From Deltaproteobacteria bacterium (GTDB lineage: Bacteria > Desulfobacterota > Binatia > Bin18): a stretch of 60,908 bases of DNA. The position numbers and the translations under genes are program-made. The notes below the pieces were generated by a model. The model was not told the origin of the DNA, searched no databases, and saw only the letters and a program-made list of their open reading frames with translations. Shown piece after piece: positions 30,306-40,428 of the stretch. How positions within the stretch are numbered: position 1 is the first letter of the stretch; each line of letters starts with the position of its first letter. The stretch is taken from assembly GCA_009692435.1 (NCBI GenBank), contig SHZE01000005.1, positions 1 to 60,908 on the forward strand, read 5' to 3'.

Positions 30306-30772
30306 GGGCTTTACGTTGTCTCCACATCATCCTGCAACCGGCGGAGCGCCTTATCAATCGCCTGCACCCCTGGACAAAGCTTTTCTCACCTCCGTCTTTC
30401 CAGTCCGCCCACCCTCCTTCACGTTAAAGATTCCTCCCCGATCGTCCGATAGCTTATGCCGAAGCGGGAAACATCCATGCGTATCCATCGGTCACAGAAA
30501 AATCCCCATGCCATACCCACTTTTCCGCTATCCGCTTCGCCCCCCCCCCCCGAAATTCACTAATAGTTAGTATTTTTCCTGCCGCCCCGCTCGCACTTGG
30601 CCAGCCGATCCTGCCGGCCGCGACTTCCGCCCGCGGTCCGCCAGGAGACGATGCGATTCAATGAACGATGCCTTGTTAACCTTTTCCAACTTGGCCGTTC
30701 TTCTACTACCAGTTTCAAAACTACTGTCAGCATATCTTCTTCAATGCTGTAGTGGAAAAAGGAGAGAACACA

Positions 30773-32692
30773 GTGAAAGTGTCTCAGACCTCAAAGATTC
30801 TTCTCAAAAGTATGCTGATTACGGTGGCAATGGCCTCTTTTACGCCATCCTTATCAGCGTTCGCCCAAATAGCAACTCACTCCACAAATCAGGTGCAACT
30901 CCCCGGTGCCCGAGTGGAAATTCATAGACTGGAAGATATGCAGCTCCCTCAAGGGAAAGCCGGATCGGCAACCAACTTCGCAGCGTTAAGCACAGCCCAG
31001 AATACTTTCTATCACTTTGTTCGGTTCCCAATCGAAGCACCTCGGAGTTGGGCAGTGATGGACGAATTAGACCCGGTACCTACGCCGACCGCGTATTACC
31101 GAGATGTGTGGATGGGCGCTCAAGTGATCACCGTCGATGCTTCAGATGGCGACATCTGGGAGACGACGATTCAGTTCCCGGATGGCAGGATAGGGTCGTG
31201 GGAGCCGGTCCGATTCTTTAGCAATTACGACGGGTACCAAAACTGCTTCGTCGGCGGAGGTCCAACGACATGTGGGGGTACGCAACGTCTCCTGCATTGG
31301 TCTGCCTCCGCTCGATGTCAACCTGCGGGCACGTATACGATGAGGTTCTCTTACAACGGGCAGCAGTATGAACGGCGGGAGTTTAAGTTATTGCCTCGGA
31401 TCCAGGAAGGCAAAGTGCCAATTTATGATCAGACACTGTACAACGACCCGGTAGGGCATCACTATGATCATATTTACAACAATCCTTGTATGGTCGGCTC
31501 GGATCCTCAGACGTGTCTCAAATGGCCCCCCTACCTGCCCGTTGGGGACCCGCACACAATCAAGGTTAAAGGATGTGCTCTGACTTCCTTGGCGATGGTC
31601 CTAAGCTACCACGGCGTAAACATTGCCCCCCTTGAACTCAACACGTTGTTAAAAAACTCGGGCGGATACAGCCAGTGGGGCGATATCCGTTGGGGAAAGA
31701 TTAGGGCCCTTACGGGCGGGATGGTGACATTTGCGCCGGAGCTGAGTTTCAACGACCTGTCCAACAACATTTGCAACTATGGTCCACAGCTTGTTGGGGC
31801 CGAGGGTTCTGCGGGTGTTCCAAACTCCCATTTCCTAGCGGCGACAGGGATGGATTCCGCCGGGCATTTTCTAGTCAGTGACCCATGGCGGAATCAAGAT
31901 AAATGGTACGGCGAAAATTGGACAGTCTCGAACAGTGTACGTGGTTTTGTTGGGCCGGAGTACACGGTTACTGATCCTAGCAATGTCACGATTCGACTCC
32001 ACTCTCCCGCCGAACTCCTTGTAACCGATCCCCAAGGACGAAGACTAGGAGTGGATCCAAGCCTTGGACAGCGCTATCAAGAGATTCCCAGATCCTATTA
32101 TCAGGACATCAGCCTCGCGGATCTTGAGACCGGAGAGGGTGGAGAAGTCACTAAGGAACTGACCTTTAGCACGCCACTCGACGGTGAATATGTCCTTGAT
32201 GTGATCGGCACGGGAAGCGGAACGTACGCGGTCGAAATCGACGCCATAGACGAAGCGATGAACGACTCGTTACGTGTGGTCGAAGAGGTTCCTGTCACAA
32301 CCGGAGAGCGCCACCGGTATCGGTTTGCGTTTTCCGGGGCGGCTGGGGCTCCGCTTGAACTCCGGGCGGATTTCAATGGTGGCGGCCAGAGTTCGAAGGT
32401 CAACAGCCTGCTGAGTTACAGCGGTCCCATAGAAAGTCAGACGCACCTGGCAGCAGGGACGACTGCGTACAGTGTCTTTGTCTTCTACAGTCGCAACATC
32501 CTTCCCCAAACCTTCCGCGCCGTATTAGCGGGAGTCGATGTGACTGCGATGTTCCATCCGGTGATGGGAACAAATGAGCGGGTGACGATTCCGCTAGTGA
32601 GAGGGAGAAACCTCCTGCATCTGACTGTCGATGGCAATGTTGGCACACGAGTCGCATCGGACTCGGATCGAATGGTCTTCGTGGTTCCGTAG
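30773..32692 (+). CDS. Secreted multidomain protein with a C39-like (papain-fold) peptidase domain
   Basis: SD AAGGAG + GTG, signal peptide ending AFA, 'YDQ..GCALTSLAMV..HFLAATG..VSDPW', beta-rich C-terminal domains ('HSPAELLVTDPQG'). Confidence 0.8.
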   Translation: MKVSQTSKILLKSMLITVAMASFTPSLSAFAQIATHSTNQVQLPGARVEIHRLEDMQLPQGKAGSATNFAALSTAQNTFYHFVRFPIEAPRSWAVMDELDPVPTPTAYYRDVWMGAQVITVDASDGDIWETTIQFPDGRIGSWEPVRFFSNYDGYQNCFVGGGPTTCGGTQRLLHWSASARCQPAGTYTMRFSYNGQQYERREFKLLPRIQEGKVPIYDQTLYNDPVGHHYDHIYNNPCMVGSDPQTCLKWPPYLPVGDPHTIKVKGCALTSLAMVLSYHGVNIAPLELNTLLKNSGGYSQWGDIRWGKIRALTGGMVTFAPELSFNDLSNNICNYGPQLVGAEGSAGVPNSHFLAATGMDSAGHFLVSDPWRNQDKWYGENWTVSNSVRGFVGPEYTVTDPSNVTIRLHSPAELLVTDPQGRRLGVDPSLGQRYQEIPRSYYQDISLADLETGEGGEVTKELTFSTPLDGEYVLDVIGTGSGTYAVEIDAIDEAMNDSLRVVEEVPVTTGERHRYRFAFSGAAGAPLELRADFNGGGQSSKVNSLLSYSGPIESQTHLAAGTTAYSVFVFYSRNILPQTFRAVLAGVDVTAMFHPVMGTNERVTIPLVRGRNLLHLTVDGNVGTRVASDSDRMVFVVP

Positions 32693-32765
32693 ATGTGACC
32701 ACTTGAGTTCCGCAACGTGGGTGATGACCCACCCACGTTGTGACTCGCGGATAAGGATAGGCCCT

Positions 32766-33179
32766 ATGCTCATACCCCGGTTCCTTGTTTCACTGGACGA
32801 CGCTTCCCATAAGCACCATACCTGCGGTCATCGACCGCCAGCACCCAGAAATCTGCTTTGTGTAGGGCTACTAGCTCTTCTGCTTAGCCTGCTTGCCGCA
32901 TGTGAGCAGCCACAATATGGCTTCTTTGGTGAATCCACACCAAGAGAAAAACGCCATATCGTCATGGATGGGCGTGGAAACTACACTATCTATAAGTATC
33001 GCCGAGGTTCCGCTGATGAACCTTACGGGGAGGGGAACAAGACAGTCGAGGAGAAGGGGCTATATAAAGATGGTGGTGAGGATGAGATTATCTTAACCAA
33101 CAGTGACGGGCGTACCTATAAGATCAGGGTGTGGAATCGGGAAGATAAAGATGCCCAGTATCGAGTGCTTGGCCAATAG
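32766..33179 (+). CDS. Hypothetical lipoprotein (start uncertain)
   Basis: Hydrophobic stretch ending in lipobox LAAC, then ~90 polar beta-rich residues. Confidence 0.6.
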   Translation: MLIPRFLVSLDDASHKHHTCGHRPPAPRNLLCVGLLALLLSLLAACEQPQYGFFGESTPREKRHIVMDGRGNYTIYKYRRGSADEPYGEGNKTVEEKGLYKDGGEDEIILTNSDGRTYKIRVWNREDKDAQYRVLGQ

Positions 33180-33215
33180 GACGGTTTCATCAGAGCGGTT
33201 TTCGTTCGGATTTTG

Positions 33216-33240
33216 ACCGGGGACTACATTCCCCGGCTAC
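33216..33240 (-). repeat. GTAG-type REP-like palindrome
   Basis: Minus strand GTAGCCGGGG-AATGTAGT-CCCCGGT. Confidence 0.6.
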
Positions 33241-33325
33241 CTTCATCGCCTCGCTATGCGAAGCCAGACCTAACGCAGGGCGCCATTGCCCCAGGGAAAA
33301 GGAATGCCTGAAGGGATGGAAATTG

Positions 33326-34216
33326 ATGAAAACCGACTCGCTTTTCTATAACTTGTTTCACGACCTACCCCGGTTATTGTTCGACTTCATCGAACAGTCG
33401 CCCGAGCGCGCGGCGCGGTATCGCTTTGCCTCCGTCGAACTCAAAGAGACGGCGTTCCGCGTCGATGGTGTTTTTCTCCCCCCGGAGGCCGCCGCGGACT
33501 GGCCGATCTTCTTTGTGGAGGTGCAGTTCCAATCGGACCCCGCGCTGTACCGACGGCTGTTCGCGGAAATCTTTCTCTATCTACGGCAACAGGCGCCTCC
33601 CCACCCGTGGCAGGCCGTCGTGGTCTATCCAACGCGCGCCGTCGATCCGGGGGAGCACCCGCACTACAATCTGTTATTGCGCAGTGACCAAGTCACACGG
33701 GTGTACTTAGATGAATGGGCGTACCCACGGCAAACGCTCATGCAACGACTGATCGGCGTCTTGTTAGCCAATCCTCAGCAGGCCGTGAGCGAGGCGCGGA
33801 CCATGTTGACCCTAGTGGGCGAGAACGCCGTTGTTGACAAAGGACTCACGACCACCATAGTGAATTTGATCGAAACTATTCTCGTGTACAAACTACCGAC
33901 ACTGAGTCGGGAGGAGATTCAAGCCATGCTGGAATTGACAGATGTTGATCTGAAGCAGACCCGTTTTTATCAACAAGTTTTCGCCGAAGGGCATCAGGAA
34001 GGGCATCAGGAAGGGCATCAGGAAGGGCGGCGAGAGGAGGGAATGGCGTTGGTTCTTCGCTTACTTCACCGCCGTTGCGGGGAACTGAGTCCTGCGCTTG
34101 CCGAACGTATGGCACGGCTCAGCCTGCCGCAATTGGAAGCACTGAGCGAAGCGCTCTTGGAGTTTCGTGGGACCGCGGATTTGGAACAGTGGCTGGCCAC
34201 ACACTCACGGGAATAG
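33326..34216 (+). CDS. Rpn-family PD-(D/E)XK protein (DUF2887 + DUF4351-like)
   Basis: 'MKTDSLFY', 'SVELKETAFRVDGVF', 'FVEVQFQ', EGHQ repeats, C-terminal 'LEALSEALLEF..DLEQWL'. Confidence 0.9.
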   Translation: MKTDSLFYNLFHDLPRLLFDFIEQSPERAARYRFASVELKETAFRVDGVFLPPEAAADWPIFFVEVQFQSDPALYRRLFAEIFLYLRQQAPPHPWQAVVVYPTRAVDPGEHPHYNLLLRSDQVTRVYLDEWAYPRQTLMQRLIGVLLANPQQAVSEARTMLTLVGENAVVDKGLTTTIVNLIETILVYKLPTLSREEIQAMLELTDVDLKQTRFYQQVFAEGHQEGHQEGHQEGRREEGMALVLRLLHRRCGELSPALAERMARLSLPQLEALSEALLEFRGTADLEQWLATHSRE

Positions 34217-34309
34217 GTGCATCCTGGTGGCTGGTAACGGGGATGGAACTCCCATACTCAAAAAAGACCAACCTTCGGACAACTCCCCTCCCCTTCCGAT
34301 GACCTCACC

Positions 34310-36652
34310 ATGACAACGCCGACTCGCCAACTTCCGCGCTCTGGTCGATTGCGCGCGCTCATTATCCTCCCCCTCCTCCTCATCGGCACGGGCTGGGGGC
34401 TGTTTCTGCTGTGCGACGGGTGGTTTCCCCTGCCGATGGCAACCTTGCATCGGCAATCCGCGATGATCGTCACTGACCGTGATGGTACTCCGTTGCGGAT
34501 TTTTCTCCCCAACGACGAACAACTGCGTATTCCCGTCACCCTCCATGACGTCGCGCCGGTCTTCGTGCGCGCGCTTATCGCCTCGGAGGATCGCTGGTTT
34601 TATCACCACCTCGGGGTGAACCCGTTCGCGATTGTCCGGGCGCTCGCATCCAATATCCGTCACGGCAAAGTGGTCTCTGGGGCTTCGACCATCCCCATGC
34701 AAATTGCCCGGATGGCCGAACCCAAGGCCCGCACGCTCTGGTCCAAAGGGTGGGAGGTCTTTCGCGCCCTGCAACTCGAATGGCACTTGAGCAAGGACCA
34801 ACTGCTCGAACTCTATCTCAACCTAACCCCGTATGGTGGAAATATCGAGGGCATTGGCGCCGCCACGCATGTCTACTTTGGCAAGACCCCGGCGCAACTC
34901 TCACTCGGTGAGGCCGCCTTACTGGCCGTCTTGCCGCGCGCACCCAACAGTTACAATCCGGTCCGCAATCCGGCTGCCGCCGTGGCCATACGGAACCGAG
35001 TCCTGCGCCAACTGGCACGGCGGGCCGTCTTTCCTGAATCCGCCGTCGCGGATGCGCTCCGTCATCCACTTCCGACCATTGCCTGGCGCGCGCCATTGAA
35101 CGCACCCCATTTCTGTCAACTCGTGCGGGACCGCTTGCCACAGAGCCCGCGCCTGCTCACCACGCTCGACCAACGCGTCCAAACAACCGCTGAGGAGCAA
35201 ATGACCCTGTGGATGGCCACGCTACGCGACCGTGGGGTCGGCAGTGCCGCGGCCGTAGTGATTGAGAACGACACGCGGGCTGTGCGCGCGCTGGTCGGAT
35301 CGCCGAATTTTTTTGAGGAGGCGTACAATGGACAAGTGAATGGTGCGACCGCACGGCGGTCACCAGGCTCGACCCTCAAGCCGTTCCTCTACGCGATGGC
35401 GATGGATGCCGGGCTCGTGATTCCCGATTCCTACGTCCTCGATATTCCGACCGATTTCTCCGGCTATGTGCCGGAAAACTACGATGGGCTGTATCACGGA
35501 CGGGTCACCATGCGTGACGCCCTGGTGCAGTCTCTCAATGCCCCAGCCGTGCGCTTGCTCAACACGGTAGGGATCGAGTCATTTCATCGACTCCTGCAAC
35601 GTGGAGGACTTACGACCTTGGATCGTCCCCCGGCAACCTACGGACTGCCGTTGATCTTGGGCAGTGGCGAAGTCTCCTTGCTTGATCTGACGAATTTGTA
35701 TGCCACATTGGCCGTTGGAGGCGAACATCATCCCATCCAAATCCAGCCTGGCATGGTGGGCCCCGGAGATCGTCTCTTCTCGCAAGAAGCAGTGGCGCTC
35801 ACTGCGGGGATTCTCACCGGTCTCCAACGACCGGATTTGCCGCGGGCATGGCGGCTGACCCGCGATGCCCCGGCGGTCGCCTGGAAAACCGGCACTTCGT
35901 ATGGTCATCGCGATGCGTGGAGTATCGGGTTTTCGAGCCGCTACACGATTGGGGTATGGGTCGGAAATTTCGATGGGCGTGGGCACAAGGGCCTGGCTGG
36001 CTCAGAGTATGCCGCGCCGCTCTTGTTCGCGCTCTTTCGCGCCGTCGAAGGAGGATCGACCCAAATCGCGCGGCCTCACGACACCCACTTGGGAACCGTC
36101 AAGGTCTGTACCCTCAGTCACGAGCTGGCTGGACCATTTTGTCCGGTGTCAGAGTCGGTCACGATGCTTGCCGGACGGTCAAAACTCATACCGTGCTCGT
36201 ATCATCGTCGTCTGTTCGTCGACACGGAAACGGGCGATCAGCTCGCGGGGAGCTGTCTTGCCGCGCGCCCTCACCACGCGGAAGTTGTCACGGTGTATCC
36301 TCCTGAACTGACGGCATGGTGGCAGGTACAGGGGCAGTCGCAGCCACCCTTGCCGCGACTCAGTCCCTTATGCAACGACGTGCCCGATGGGACGGCGCTC
36401 ACGATTCTCTCTCCGGCGCCGACGACGCCGTATCGGCGGCGTCGCGATGCCCCGGCCGCGGACCAAAAAATTCCGCTTCGCACTCAAGTTGGTACGACAT
36501 CGACGCGGTTGTACTGGTATCAAGACGGCAAACTGGTCGCGACTGGTACTCCGGCGACCACCTTGTTGCTTCCGCTTCAGGTTGGCGCGCATCGCCTGAC
36601 CGTGGTCGACAACACCGGGCGTGTCGGCTCTACCGTGTATCGGGTAGAGTAG
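34310..36652 (+). CDS. pbpC: Penicillin-binding protein 1C
   Basis: Transglycosylase 'EDRWF', 'GASTIPMQ'; transpeptidase 'STLK', 'SLN', 'KTGTS'; C-terminal beta domain; close to the A2M gene. Confidence 0.95.
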   Translation: MTTPTRQLPRSGRLRALIILPLLLIGTGWGLFLLCDGWFPLPMATLHRQSAMIVTDRDGTPLRIFLPNDEQLRIPVTLHDVAPVFVRALIASEDRWFYHHLGVNPFAIVRALASNIRHGKVVSGASTIPMQIARMAEPKARTLWSKGWEVFRALQLEWHLSKDQLLELYLNLTPYGGNIEGIGAATHVYFGKTPAQLSLGEAALLAVLPRAPNSYNPVRNPAAAVAIRNRVLRQLARRAVFPESAVADALRHPLPTIAWRAPLNAPHFCQLVRDRLPQSPRLLTTLDQRVQTTAEEQMTLWMATLRDRGVGSAAAVVIENDTRAVRALVGSPNFFEEAYNGQVNGATARRSPGSTLKPFLYAMAMDAGLVIPDSYVLDIPTDFSGYVPENYDGLYHGRVTMRDALVQSLNAPAVRLLNTVGIESFHRLLQRGGLTTLDRPPATYGLPLILGSGEVSLLDLTNLYATLAVGGEHHPIQIQPGMVGPGDRLFSQEAVALTAGILTGLQRPDLPRAWRLTRDAPAVAWKTGTSYGHRDAWSIGFSSRYTIGVWVGNFDGRGHKGLAGSEYAAPLLFALFRAVEGGSTQIARPHDTHLGTVKVCTLSHELAGPFCPVSESVTMLAGRSKLIPCSYHRRLFVDTETGDQLAGSCLAARPHHAEVVTVYPPELTAWWQVQGQSQPPLPRLSPLCNDVPDGTALTILSPAPTTPYRRRRDAPAADQKIPLRTQVGTTSTRLYWYQDGKLVATGTPATTLLLPLQVGAHRLTVVDNTGRVGSTVYRVE

Positions 36653-36773
36653 ATAAAGGAATAGAGATTTTTACCGATCCCTTTATAGGCAACAGAAAGG
36701 GTGGCGGCGTCTGCAATTGAGCGATTTTCAGCCGTAGCTTGAGCATGAGACTTTTCTCTTCGAGACACAAGGT

Positions 36774-39454
36774 ATGAGCAAGCGGACATTCGCCTCGGAT
36801 ATTCCCAGCTTCCCGCAAGGGAACTTCCCGCCCGGTCAGCAAGCCGTCGCCGAGCGCTGCCGATCGACGACGGGAAAAGAGATGCTCCTGCATTTTTCCA
36901 CGGCACTGGAGGTCTCTGCCGATAGTATCGTGATCGGCGATCTCGAAGGCAAAATTCTCTATGCGAATGAAGCCGCGTGGCGTGGGTATGGGGCGGCGGA
37001 CGGAATGGAATTGATCGGGAAAAATGCGTTGGACCTCATTGCCCCAGAGGAGCGAGAGCGGGCTATTGCCGGGATGGGACAAGTCCTGAAGACCGGACGA
37101 GTCGCAAGCCAAGAGTACCAAGTACTTAACCATGCGGGAGCCCGAGTCCCGGTAGAGTCGAGTACGGCGCTCATCCGCGATGACCAGGGTGAGGCCATTG
37201 GGTTTGTGAATGTCCTGCGAGACATGGCTGAGCGGAAACGCACCGAGGAGTCACTCCACCAAGCGCAAGCTGAGTTAGAATCTCGTGTGCGCGAACGGAC
37301 GGCGGAACTGGAGCGGATCAACGCCACTCTGCGCCAGGAAATTGCTCAACGCCAGCGAGTGGAAGAGGCGTTGCGCGAGAGCGAAGGGCGGGCGCATATC
37401 TTGTTCGAGAATGCCAGTGATGCCATTGCGCTGATCGCCCTTGATGGAACAACCCTCAATGTCAACCGCGGTGCGGAAATTCTGCTGCGCCATGACCGCG
37501 CGGAAATCATTGGCAAGTTGTATTCGGACTTTGTGACTCCCGCTTCATTGCAACTGACGGCGGAACGCTTTCAGCGCGCCGCCACGGGGGAACGGCTGCC
37601 GTCGATTTTCGAACTGGACTTGATGCGCAAGGACGGCAGCACAGTTCCGGTTGAAGCGCGGACGCGATTTCTCCGCGATCAGCATGGGGCGGTGACGGGG
37701 CTCCTCGGTATCTATCGCGATGTGACGGACCGGAAGCGCGCCGAAGAAGATTTACGCAAAGCGCATGACGAATTAGAAAATCACGTGTGGGTGCGAACTG
37801 AAGAGCTGACGGTGATGAATGCCGCGCTCCAGGCGGAAGTGGCGGAGCGGAAATACGCGGAACAACTCGCACGTGAGGCTGAGCAGGAATATCGCTCCAT
37901 TTTCGAGAATGCGCCTGAAGGGCTTTATCGCTCCAGTATTGATGGGCATCAAATCCGTGCCAACCCGGCTTTGGTAAAATTGAATGGGTACTCTTCGGAA
38001 GAAGAGCAGATTGCGGGAGTGAACGACATTGCTTCCGAATGGTACGTGGACCTGCAACGACGCGATGAGTTCAAACGGCTCTTAGCAGAGCATGAACGGG
38101 TGACGGATTTCGAGTCGGAAATTTATCGTCATAAAGCCCGCGACCGGATGTGGATCTCCGAGAATGCACGCCTCGTCCGCGATAAGAAAACCAACGCGCC
38201 TCTCTATTACGAAGGAACGGTGCGCGACATTACGGCACGAAAGCAAGCAGAGGAGGCTTTACTCCACGCCCATGTCCAACTTGAGCAGCGGGTACAAGAA
38301 CGAACAGCAGAACTGAGTGACACCAACGCAATGCTGCGGGCAGAAATTGCCGAGCGACAGCGAACCGCCACGGCATTGGAGCGACTTCGCCGTCAGCATG
38401 AATCGATTCTCAATTCGGCTGGCGAAGGGATCATCGGTGTCGATCTCGAAGGGAAGGCAGTCTTTGTCAATCTGGAAGCTGCACGTCTACTTGAGCGTGA
38501 AGTGGCCGAGTTGCTCGGGACCACCCTGCATTCTTTGGTGCATCACACGAAACTCGACGGGACCCCATATCCTGAGGAAGAATGTCCGTTTCGTGCAACT
38601 CTGTCTCAAGGAGAGACGATTCACGTGTCGGATGAGGTCTATTGGCGCAAGGATGGAACGTCCTTCCCGGTCGAATGTTTGAGCACGCCGATCCGTGATG
38701 AGGAGGGCGAAGTGCTTGGAGCAGTTATCACGTTTCGTGATATTACGCAGCGTAAAGAAGTCGATCGCATGAAGGACGAGTTGATCTCAACTGTCAGTCA
38801 TGAACTCCGCACTCCGCTGGCGAGCTTACGAGGGTTCACCGAACTGATGTTGAAACGGGAGTTCCCGCCGGAACAACAGCGAGAACTTATAGGGGTGATC
38901 CATAAAGAGTCGCTCCGGTTGACGAACCTCATCAATGATTTTCTTGACCTTCAACGGATTGAAGCTGGACGCTTCCCGTATACGTTTGCTCCGCTCCTCG
39001 TCGCCCCTCTTATGCGTGAGGTTGCTGCCGTTTTCACGAAAGAGGGAGGAGCGCATGCGCTACGCCTCGACTTGCCCGCCTCGCTTCCGACTATCTTGGC
39101 CGATGGAGAGCGCATCCGACAAGTCCTTTCGAATTTATTCTCGAACGCCATTAAGTTCTCTCCTAAAGGTGGCGAGGTTATTGTCGGTGCACGGCAGGAA
39201 GAGCGCACCGTGACGATCTGGGTACAAGATCAAGGAGTAGGTATCCCAGAGGAGGCAATAGCGAAACTGTCACTAAGTTTTATCGAATCGATAACCGGTT
39301 AACACGTGACATTGGCGGAACTGGTTTGGGGCTGGCCTTGGTGAAAGAGATCATTACCGCTCACAACGGACGAGTGTGGGTCGAAAGCACGGCAGGAAAA
39401 GGCAGTACCTTTTTCTTGACTGTACCTGTAGCAGGCAACGAACCTCGTACGTAA
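36774..39454 (+). CDS. Cytoplasmic four-PAS sensor histidine kinase with a frameshift near 39270
   Basis: Four PAS domains, H-box 'SHELRTPL', N-box 'NAIKF'; 'FYRID..GGTGLGL..GKGSTF' continues in another frame to TAA 39454. Confidence 0.9.
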
Positions 39455-39525
39455 ATTGGGGAAATCATCTTTCCGTTTGAGGACTGGCGCTTTCGCTTCC
39501 GTTGCTAGACGATTTACAATGAGTC

Positions 39526-40428
39526 ATGCGCGTTGTTGTCATTATCAATCCTATCTCCGGACGACAGGGGCGACCGGAGACCGCTCGTCATCGTGCGGCC
39601 CTCGCGCAGCAGGTTCTCTCCGCGGCAGCGATAGTACCTGAAGTGAAGATCAGCGAGCGTCCAGGGCATGCTTATGAATTGGCGCGGGAGGCAGTGGCGC
39701 GCGACGCCTCACTCATCTTTGCGTGGGGCGGTGATGGGACGATGAATGAAGTGGGACGGGCGGTTGCCTTTAGCAACACCGCTCTCGGTCTCATCCCCGC
39801 CGGTTCAGGGAACGGGTTAGCACGTGAACTGCACGTGCCGATGCAGCCTGAAGAGGCATTTGCAACTGCCCTGCGTGCCTCAGACCGCACAATCGATGTG
39901 GGCGAGATCAACGGCCACCTCTTTTTCAACGCTGCCGGTGTCGGCTTCGATGCCCATATCACCTGGCTCTTTAACACTCGCCCGCACGGGCGGCGGGGCA
40001 TGTTTTCCTATGTCACCATTGCGGCCCGCGAGCTATTCACGTATCGCGCACCTCAGTACACTGTCACTGTCGATGGAGAAACGATCTCTTCTCGCGCCCT
40101 GCTTATCGCGGTGGCAAACTCCCGGCAGTATGGCAACGGTGCGTTGATCGCTCCCGACGCGCGCCTCGACGACGGGCAACTGGATATGGTGGTGATTCAG
40201 GAACGTTCACCACTCGCAACGCTATGGGCGGCGAGACGCCTGTTCAATGGAACACTGGCGCAGGCCAAGGGAATCACGATGAAGCGGGTAACGCAGGCAA
40301 CCATTCGTGCTAACGAGCCACTCCGATTTCATGTGGACGGCGAGCCCGTGGCGGAAACCAGCACGACGCTCTCTCTGCGTATTCACCCAGGAGCGCTTCG
40401 CATCAAAGGGGGGAATCGCGGTGTTTAA
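39526..40428 (+). CDS. Diacylglycerol/lipid kinase (YegS/BmrU family)
   Basis: 'NPISG', 'GGDGT', 'GSGNG', 'YGNG', 'VDGE'. Confidence 0.93.
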   Translation: MRVVVIINPISGRQGRPETARHRAALAQQVLSAAAIVPEVKISERPGHAYELAREAVARDASLIFAWGGDGTMNEVGRAVAFSNTALGLIPAGSGNGLARELHVPMQPEEAFATALRASDRTIDVGEINGHLFFNAAGVGFDAHITWLFNTRPHGRRGMFSYVTIAARELFTYRAPQYTVTVDGETISSRALLIAVANSRQYGNGALIAPDARLDDGQLDMVVIQERSPLATLWAARRLFNGTLAQAKGITMKRVTQATIRANEPLRFHVDGEPVAETSTTLSLRIHPGALRIKGGNRGV

